In this document: positions 9,245 to 16,400 of the stretch, in pieces
How the letters are laid out: each line of letters begins with the position of its first letter
How positions within the stretch are numbered: the first letter of the stretch is position 1
IMG/VR virus record: IMGVR_UViG_3300022833_000008
Length of the DNA stretch: 20,000 bases
Reading direction: 5' to 3' (one strand)
Source: an uncultured virus (IMG/VR IMGVR_UViG_3300022833_000008)
Lineage: Duplodnaviria; Heunggongvirae; Uroviricota; Caudoviricetes
Made by a program: the position numbers and the translations under genes
The notes under the pieces: model-generated
Told to the model about the DNA's origin: nothing
The model's database searches: none
Seen by the model: only the letters and a program-made list of their open reading frames with translations

Positions 9245-10161
9245 GTTTTGGGTTAGAAGTTAAAAACGCTTTTGGCGAAAACATTATAGATACAACGGAA
9301 GGATACACCTATTATCATAAGTCTTCTGGCAGCACAAAAAAGCGAAGCAGCGCACCGACCTACATTTCTTCGGGCGGCAGTGCTGGGTATTTAAGCGTAA
9401 TAAATGGTGAACATCTTTTGCCGTTTGGTACGGGTGTAAAACCATTTCACCTTCAAAAAAGCTATTACTCAACCTATACTACGAATCCTGTGTTTTGTTG
9501 GGCAACGCCTTCTTGGGGATACATAATTGGTAAATCGGGATCGTCTCAAGAAAACCATAGTTTTCCGAAGCCCGTATCTACAAATAAGAACGATATAATA
9601 TTTTTTAAAGTACCAACAGAAGGTCTTCTTTCGATGGACTCTGTATGGTTCAATTTTACGGGAAGTGATCGTAGAGGTGAAAAAGTAGATGTCGGGTTAC
9701 ACGGAACTTGTTGCCCACACCCAAGTTTCAATGGAACAGTAGAATATAAAGTTGTGTCAACAGACTTACCTGCACCGTTTACAGACCACGGTCTTCGTGT
9801 TTTTGGAAGCAACGGTTCTGACATAAAATTCGATACTTCGCGGGAAATAGCTTCATTCTCAGACCATGTTTTCTTAACCGCTGCTCAACAGGAAAGTGTT
9901 ATAAAAAACGGTGCAACGATCAACATTACGTTGAGGAAACCCATTTCTAATCTATGGATGGCAAATGCGTCAGGAGTTAATTCCTCAAAAAGAACGTATT
10001 ATAACTCTAGCGGAATGACAACTTGGTTAGCACGCTACAGACTTACAAGTCCTACAAATCTACAAGTTAGTCGTGTAACACTACGAGCCACAGGGGTAAA
10101 TTGGGCAACTACAACTCTTGAAATGTACGACGATGTTTTGTTTATTCTAGGTGACTATTAA
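9241..10161 (+). CDS. Putative tail-tip receptor-binding protein
   Basis: 306 aa with a duplicated module (FGLEVKNAFGENIIDT and HGLRVFGSNGSDIKFDT). ATGA overlap; last gene of the tip cluster. Confidence 0.55.
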   Translation: MSFGLEVKNAFGENIIDTTEGYTYYHKSSGSTKKRSSAPTYISSGGSAGYLSVINGEHLLPFGTGVKPFHLQKSYYSTYTTNPVFCWATPSWGYIIGKSGSSQENHSFPKPVSTNKNDIIFFKVPTEGLLSMDSVWFNFTGSDRRGEKVDVGLHGTCCPHPSFNGTVEYKVVSTDLPAPFTDHGLRVFGSNGSDIKFDTSREIASFSDHVFLTAAQQESVIKNGATINITLRKPISNLWMANASGVNSSKRTYYNSSGMTTWLARYRLTSPTNLQVSRVTLRATGVNWATTTLEMYDDVLFILGDY

Positions 10162-10227
10162 TACATCGAATGAGATTACACTATACTCCTTCTTAGGTGT
10201 ATATAAAAACAAAATAAGGAATGACGT

Positions 10228-10629
10228 ATGTCAGTATCAATTATTACTCTTTTAGCACCTATTATTGGAGATTTAGTTAAAAAGCTAATCCCTGACGCAG
10301 ACAAAGCTAAAGACATTGAAAAAGAAGTAAAGTTGGCTTTACTAGATCACACAGACTCTCTCGAATCTATCCGAGGGAGTATTGTACTTAGCGAAACAAA
10401 ATCAGACAGTTGGTTGACCGCCACATGGCGACCCTTACTTATGATGGTCATTGTCTCTATTGTGGCAATGAACTACCTCATATTTCCACTAATAGGTTTA
10501 ATGTTTGGTGTTGAACTTATGATCGACCTTCCTGAAGAACTTTGGGGTCTTCTCCAAATCGGCGTAGGTGGTTATGTTGTAGGTCGATCTGGTGAGAAAA
10601 TGATAGAAAAATGGAGTGACTCAAAATGA
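10228..10629 (+). CDS. Holin (GTA-type 3TM holin family)
   Basis: SWLTATWRP motif, hydrophobic helices, LLQIGVGGYVVGRS.EK. AAGGA RBS; overlaps the endolysin. Confidence 0.85.
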   Translation: MSVSIITLLAPIIGDLVKKLIPDADKAKDIEKEVKLALLDHTDSLESIRGSIVLSETKSDSWLTATWRPLLMMVIVSIVAMNYLIFPLIGLMFGVELMIDLPEELWGLLQIGVGGYVVGRSGEKMIEKWSDSK

Positions 10630-11141
10630 AGACGACTAAAATGTTTAAAGATAAACCTCAAGCAAAAGATAAAAAGGAACCTAAATTGAAAACTTATGAT
10701 TGGCATTTCGGAAATCGTTCTGAAATGAAGATGGTAGACGTAGATGCTCGACTTATTGAAGTTGTACGTCTTGCCCTGCCACTTAGCCCTATTGATTTTG
10801 GTATTACTTGTGGGCTACGTTCTCAACACGAACAAAACCAATTACTTGCACAAGGTAAGACACAAGCCCGTTACTCTCGTCATCAGGACGGAATGGCAAT
10901 TGATGTTGTTGCGTATGAGAATGGTAAGGTGTCTTGGGAACTTGAACACTACATTACTATTGCGGACGCTTTCGCTAAGGCTTGTAAGCAGACAAAGCTA
11001 GGTGTTCGTTGGGGGGGTGGTTGGCCGTTCTACCTTGATGAACATACAGGCAAAGAGTCTCATGACGCCTATCTTGAAATGAAAAGACTACAGGGCAGAC
11101 GAGCATTTATTGACGGGCCTCACTACGAAATCCCCAAATAA
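10626..11141 (+). CDS. Endolysin, peptidase M15 family (L-Ala-D-Glu peptidase, T5-type)
   Basis: DFGITCGLRS..EQ, SRHQDGMAID (Zn ligands His and Asp), RWGGGW and DGPHYE. Confidence 0.9.
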   Translation: MKTTKMFKDKPQAKDKKEPKLKTYDWHFGNRSEMKMVDVDARLIEVVRLALPLSPIDFGITCGLRSQHEQNQLLAQGKTQARYSRHQDGMAIDVVAYENGKVSWELEHYITIADAFAKACKQTKLGVRWGGGWPFYLDEHTGKESHDAYLEMKRLQGRRAFIDGPHYEIPK

Positions 11142-11163
11142 TAAATACCCGCAAATAATGATA
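11140..11163 (+). repeat. 24-bp direct repeat AATAAATACCCGCAAATAATGATA, copy 1
   Basis: Identical to 11272-11295. Confidence 0.95.
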
Positions 11164-11225
11164 CAGTGGAGCAGGCTCTCAAGTCTGACAGCTCCTCTGT
11201 CTTCAAGATGACCGGAATACATCTA

Positions 11226-11253
11226 GTTAGGGTGGGTTAATTCTCACCCTGAC
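11226..11253 (+). other. 11-bp stem-loop GTTAGGGTGGG-TTAATT-CTCACCCTGAC
   Basis: Inverted repeat with two G-U pairs, located between the two 24-bp repeats. Confidence 0.6.
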
Positions 11254-11271
11254 GACCTTATTTCTATCAAG

Positions 11272-11295
11272 AATAAATACCCGCAAATAATGATA
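11272..11295 (+). repeat. 24-bp direct repeat, copy 2
   Basis: Identical to 11140-11163, 132 bp downstream. Confidence 0.95.
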
Positions 11296-11322
11296 GTAGG
11301 TGTCCCTAATTAAAGGGATAAT

Positions 11323-11376
11323 TTAAGTATATCTAAAGGTATAATAGTGATTATGTTTGTCTTTAAATATACTTAA
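11323..11376. repeat. 16-bp inverted repeat (15/16 match) upstream of the portal
   Basis: TTAAGTATATCTAAAG (11323-38) and CTTTAAATATACTTAA (11361-76), with an inner ATAAT/ATTAT stem. Confidence 0.75.
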
Positions 11377-11433
11377 CAAAACAAAACAACTAGAAGGGCT
11401 TTATTGCCTGTTAACCAGATAATGAGGTAAATA

Positions 11434-13008
11434 ATGGCTCTAATTAAAACAGCAGCTAATACAACTAAACGTGGAGTAGAAACACCTTCTGCAGCTTACT
11501 TGTCTATGAAACCACTTTGGAAGAAAGCTCGGGCAATTCTTCAAGGTGAAGCTAATGCTAAGGCACATGATGACTTGCTGAAGTACGACTATAGCAACTT
11601 ACTACTACCTTTCTCTCCAAGTATGACTGCTGCACAGTATGACTTTTATAAAGCTGAGGCTGAACTTCCGGGTTTAACTACCCAGTATGCAAGAGTATTG
11701 ATTAGTGCATTGTTGCGTAAACCATCTTCTTTAGAACTACCTGACGCTCTTGACGATAGTGTAAAAGAGTGGTTAACAAAAGATATTACCTTAGACGGTG
11801 CTTCTCTGTTTAACTTCTTAGATGCTGCTATCTGGGAAGAACTCCAAACTTCTCGTGCTTGGGTTTATGTTGATCGTCCAACTATTTCTGATGAAGAGCT
11901 AGAAGATATGGACCCTGAAGTCAGAGATATGATTTCACCGTATCCTGTTTTGATCAGAGCAGAAAATGTAATTAACGTACAATTGAGCACACACCCTGTT
12001 ACAAGGGTAAAGACACTCAGCCGTTGGGTTACTAGATACATTTCTGAAGAATTTACTCTTGACAACCCTTGGCATCCAAGTTATGTTGATACTGTTTGTG
12101 ATCACTACCTTGATGAACAAGGTTTCTTAGTTCTTGATTATTACAAAAAATCAGGAGGAGGCCAGCAAGTAGAAGCTCTCAATGGAGAAATTTCTCAAGA
12201 ATACGCCGACTCTGCTGCTGGTGGTTTTACTAAGTATGATACTAAATTCCCAATGAAGTTTGGTAAACGCCTAAGTCGTATTCCTGCTTGGCCTCTTAAT
12301 GGGCAGCTAGACGCGGTAGAACCTGTACTTATGCCCTTGATCGATAGAGAAGTTGCACTGTATAATAAAGTTTCTCGTCGTAACCACCTTTTAATGGGTG
12401 CTGCTACTTATACTCCAATTGTTCAATCTGATATGACAGATGAAGAGTTTGACAAGCTTTGTGATGCGGGTTTAGGTTCTTGGCTACGAGTTCGTAAAGA
12501 TGAATCTATTACTGTTTTAGAAACACCTACTAGTGCGCTTGCAGACATGGATCGAGCTATCGAAGCTACAGTTGGTGAAATGGCTAAGATGGGTATTCGA
12601 ATGTTATCTCCGGAACAAGCCGCTTCAGGTATTGCTTTAGAGATTCGTAACGCTTCTCAAACTGCACAGCTAGGGACTCTTAACGCTAAGATTTCCGGTA
12701 CTATGCAAGAAATTATTTCTTTTATGATCAACTGGAAGTACGATACTGACTTGACAGGTAATGATGTTGAATTTCAGCTTTCTTCTGACTTTGCTGCTAC
12801 TGTTGGCGGTGAAGGTGCAATGCGCTTGGTAGCTGAGTGGTATCAGTCCGGTGTTATTGATCGTAATACTTTCGTCACAATTGCCAAGTTTAATGATTTT
12901 CTTCCAGCTGACTATAATGATGAAGAAGCCACAAAGTCAATTCAAACTGACCCTTTAGTGGCAAATCCTAACTCACAGGAATCACAAGTCACAATGGAAG
13001 ATATGTAA
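11434..13008 (+). CDS. Portal protein (DUF4055/SPP1-like)
   Basis: 524 aa, GAGG RBS, WVYVD.P, PY..LIRAENVIN, acidic tail. First gene of the portal-MuF-scaffold-MCP series. Confidence 0.85.
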   Translation: MALIKTAANTTKRGVETPSAAYLSMKPLWKKARAILQGEANAKAHDDLLKYDYSNLLLPFSPSMTAAQYDFYKAEAELPGLTTQYARVLISALLRKPSSLELPDALDDSVKEWLTKDITLDGASLFNFLDAAIWEELQTSRAWVYVDRPTISDEELEDMDPEVRDMISPYPVLIRAENVINVQLSTHPVTRVKTLSRWVTRYISEEFTLDNPWHPSYVDTVCDHYLDEQGFLVLDYYKKSGGGQQVEALNGEISQEYADSAAGGFTKYDTKFPMKFGKRLSRIPAWPLNGQLDAVEPVLMPLIDREVALYNKVSRRNHLLMGAATYTPIVQSDMTDEEFDKLCDAGLGSWLRVRKDESITVLETPTSALADMDRAIEATVGEMAKMGIRMLSPEQAASGIALEIRNASQTAQLGTLNAKISGTMQEIISFMINWKYDTDLTGNDVEFQLSSDFAATVGGEGAMRLVAEWYQSGVIDRNTFVTIAKFNDFLPADYNDEEATKSIQTDPLVANPNSQESQVTMEDM

Positions 13009-13089
13009 GTTAGAGCAGGTCGCGGTCTCAAACGATGTCACAGGCGTCACATCAATGAGAAGCTTGGTTCGATTCCATAACTAACACCA
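13009..13089 (+). ncRNA. tRNA-like element (T-loop, partial acceptor stem, 3' ACCA; no D or anticodon arm)
   Basis: GTTAG(13009-13)/CTAAC(13081-85)+ACCA, GGTTCGATTCC T-loop, and an internal long hairpin TCTCA..GATGT..ACATC..TGAGA. Confidence 0.5.
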
Positions 13090-13095
13090 AAATAA

Positions 13096-13130
13096 AAGGC
13101 ATCCTTGATATAATTTTACAAGGGTGTCTT
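13096..13130 (+). other. 12-bp stem-loop directly before tRNA-Thr; loop contains TATAAT
   Basis: AAGGCATCCTTG / CAAGGGTGTCTT with G-U pairs. Confidence 0.5.
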
Positions 13131-13132
13131 GC

Positions 13133-13208
13133 GCTGCAATAACTCAGTTGGTAGAGTGCTTCACTTGTAATGAAGATGTCCGGAGTTCGAACCTTCGTTG
13201 CAGCACCA
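13133..13208 (+). tRNA. tRNA-Thr(UGU)
   Basis: Acceptor GCTGCAA/TTGCAGC, D-stem ACTC/GAGT, anticodon arm CTTCA-CTTGTAA-TGAAG, T-loop TTCGAAC, encoded CCA. Confidence 0.95.
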
Positions 13209-13212
13209 ATAA

Positions 13213-13289
13213 CCGTGCATAGCTCAAATGGATAGAGCAAGATTTTTCTACAGTCTAGGTTGTGGGTTCAAGTCCTACTGCGCGGTCCA
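13213..13289 (+). tRNA. tRNA-Arg(UCU)
   Basis: Acceptor CCGTGCA/TGCGCGG, D-stem GCTC/GAGC with A20, anticodon arm AGATT-TTTCTAC-AGTCT, T-loop TTCAAGT, CCA. Confidence 0.88.
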
Positions 13290-13310
13290 AGTATTACACT
13301 AATAAAATAT

Positions 13311-13385
13311 TCTCTGTAGCGCACAAGGTGTGCGGTCTGACTGTTAATCAGCTGTAGCTTGGTTCGATTCCAAGACAGAGAGCCA
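13311..13385 (+). tRNA. tRNA-Asn(GUU), atypical D arm
   Basis: Acceptor TCTCTGT/ACAGAGA, G73, CCA. Anticodon loop CTGTTAA; T arm CTTGG-TTCGATT-CCAAG. Confidence 0.85.
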
Positions 13386-13489
13386 ATATTTAACCTAGCT
13401 GGATAGGTAAAGCCTGTAAAACGACCCTGCTGGGGTTTGGCGTCCAGACTTATAAATCAATCTCACGAATGAAGTAATGGGGAAAACTT

Positions 13490-16400
13490 ATGTCTATTAA
13501 CGAAAAGATCTTTGACCGTATTGTTGACCATAGCGGTGATGTACGTTTATACGAAAACGGAGTCCAAGCGAAGAATAATACAATTCTTAAAAAACACAGG
13601 TTTAACCTTAGAGACCTTCTAAAAGGAAACTTGAGGTCTAATGTCAAACCCGAGGTAACTCGTTTTGCTAAAGAATTAAATGATCACAACGTTAAGAGTA
13701 TGCTAGACTTTAGCAACTCCCAGACTGTTTTCCACACAAATAACTTAAACGCAGAAGTGAAAAACTTCTATAGACTTCAAAAACCAAAGACTAAAGACCT
13801 TCTCCTTGAGATTACTGGCCCTCAGATTAAAGGTGTTAAGTCTCTTTCTGGCAACGTTAAAAACATTGCTTCTGGTGAACTAGTCCGTATTCAAACTAAA
13901 GTAAAAGGTGGCCTTGCTAGAGGTCTAACCCCTGATGAAATTATCGATGATGTTTTAAAAACAACTAAGATTACAGAACATCAGGCGCGTACTTTAACAA
14001 GAACTTCTATTACAGCTACACAAACGAACGCCTTGAATAGTGTTATGTCTGCAAACTCTGACTTGATCAGTGGTTTTATGTTTACTGCAATCTTAGACGG
14101 TAGAACAAGCGCTGTATGCTCTTATCACAACGGCAAAGTTTATGACATTGGTGATAATAGGTTTAAACCCCCTCTGCACTGGCAGTGCCGATCAACAATG
14201 GTTCCTGTAATCAAGAGTCAAGAGGAACTATTAAGTCTTCCTTTAGCTAACGTAAAACCCAGGAACTTGGCAAAAGTACACCCTTCAGAACTAACGGGTA
14301 TAATGCCAGCTATTCGAACTTACTCCGCTTGGCTGCGTACACAAGGTTCTAACGTACAAATTAAGATGCTAGGCGGTGAGCGTCAAGCTAAACTATTCCA
14401 AGACGGTAAGTTAGAAGCTTCAGAGTTTGTTTCCCCAGAAGGTAAAGCACTTTCTATTATGGGTTTAATGCGTAGAGCAAATCAAACTATTAAGCGACCT
14501 ACTTCGACTAACGATAGTAATACAACTTTAAGATTTTCTAACCCTAAAGAACTAATGGAGTCTAAAGCAAATAGAGCCGCCTTGCTAGATCACTTTAAGA
14601 ATGACGCAGCAGAAAATGCTCAAGCTTTAGCTTTGACTGATTTTAAAGGCAACTCTCTTTCACAAAAGCAAGGTAGCAGACGTTCTTTTAAGAACAGTCG
14701 AGAAGGCTCAGTTATGTCTGCTAGTGGTACAGACTACACAAGTAATGCAGGTCGTCACCTTCAAGTACAAGAGCCAGACATTCTTACTGAAAGACTCGCA
14801 AGGGTTCAAGATAGCGAAGGTTTAGAACTTGCTCAAAAGAAGTTTATTAAAGACTTTGTTTCAGATCTAGGCAGAGACGTTTCTATTAATCAGCGATCGG
14901 TTATTACTGACGTTCTCCGACAGACATTTACTCGTTCTAACGTTAGTGGTGAGCCTTGGGGTAAACCAACTTCTGTAATGAGAAAGTTCACTATCAATGC
15001 TGTACAAGATTTAGGTACTTTAATGTTTAACCGATCAACAGATCGTGGTAAGCTATTTGGGAACTTGACTGCAAAACTAGCAGATGACCCCGAAGTATTT
15101 TTGTTTGGTAAAAAGTATACTATTTCTGAACTTGTAGATAGTCAAATTGCAGATAATCGATATATTGAAACTTGGAGAGGTAAGTACGGGGCTAAGTTAG
15201 CAAAGAAGTCTTACTTTAATGGTAAAGCCCCTTTAGCAGCCTACACTCAACCAATTATCAAGCTGTACCCAAACCGTTCAGATCTTGTTAAAAAGCTTCT
15301 AGACTTGTTCGTGAGTGAGTCAAAACGCAAAAACATAAAAGAATTGTTTAAAACAAAACCTCCAACAGACAGCTGGATTACTTCGCAGATTTCAAATGTT
15401 AGAGGCAAAGCTAGAGAATTTCTAGACTTAGAGTTTTTGTACAATAGAGACCGTAAACTTGCTTTAGACAACTTAAAAGAAAAAACTATTAAGGCTACTG
15501 CAAAAGCAATGGAAGCTATTGCTACAGCAGATGGTGCCGATTATGATCTTCTTGCTATTAAGATTGGACAAATGTTTGATAAAGAGTTAGGTTCTTTGAA
15601 CCCTTTACGATCTAAATCTCTTAAAGACTTCCACAAGGACGGGAGCCGAGTTATAAACTCTCTTGAGAAGCAAGGGATGATACGGACAACAACTCTTAGA
15701 GATATTGGTACTTCTTCGCCTATTGACTTAGAAACAGGTAGACCAGTTAGTGATAAAGCATTACGCGGTATTAGTGTATCTCGGCAGCTTACTATTGTAA
15801 ACGGACCAATGCGCCAGTTACAGATTGCTGCTGAAAAGGCACGGACAGCTAGGCGTTTTGGCATTTATCATCCTAGAGATAAGATTTATGCTAGGGCTGG
15901 AAGTAAAGAGTACTTTGATGCCAGAGGCCGTAAGACCACTATGCCTGTTGTTTCTGAAAAGGTTTATGCCGATTACGATGTAAATCAAATTGACAGAGAT
16001 ATTTCTACAATGCTAAACCACGCTACTTCAGTTAAGTATGAAGTTGATAACGAGTACTTTGACTTCGCAGAAAGAGTTATTTACTTCAACGACAAACGTG
16101 GTGAAGCTAAAAAATGGGATGATATGAACGAGTGGAAGAAACTCTTTATGTCGCGCGGTAATGATGGTCGTGGTGTTTTAGCAACAGCTAAATATCATCG
16201 TAAACGTAATCAAGCCTTCTCTGTAGACGCCTCTATTGACTTTCGTGGTCGAGTGTATCACCGTGGTCTACTAACGCCTACAAAGGGTGAAGCTGTACGT
16301 CCTTTCTTGAACACTGCCAAAGCTTACAATATTGATGCGGACGCCTTAGAAGAACTTCAAGTTCAGATTGGTGCCTTGGTAGGTAGTCCTTTGGACACTT

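Noticed and set aside
11011..11017. G7 tract in the endolysin as a phase-variation site
   Set aside because: It encodes the conserved WGG motif of M15 endolysins and the frame is intact.
11140..11295. 24-bp repeats as a mini CRISPR array
   Set aside because: Only two copies, a 108-nt structured spacer, a non-palindromic repeat and no cas genes in the window.
13052..13240. 62-aa minus-strand ORF
   Set aside because: Antisense shadow of the tRNA genes.
13213..13289. Amber suppressor reading (CTA anticodon) implying stop-codon recoding
   Set aside because: Stem register places TCT at 34-36, A20 supports Arg, and phoH ends normally at TAG.
13390..13450. Fourth tRNA (Tyr; CTGTAAA loop-like sequence)
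   Set aside because: No anticodon stem, T-loop or CCA.
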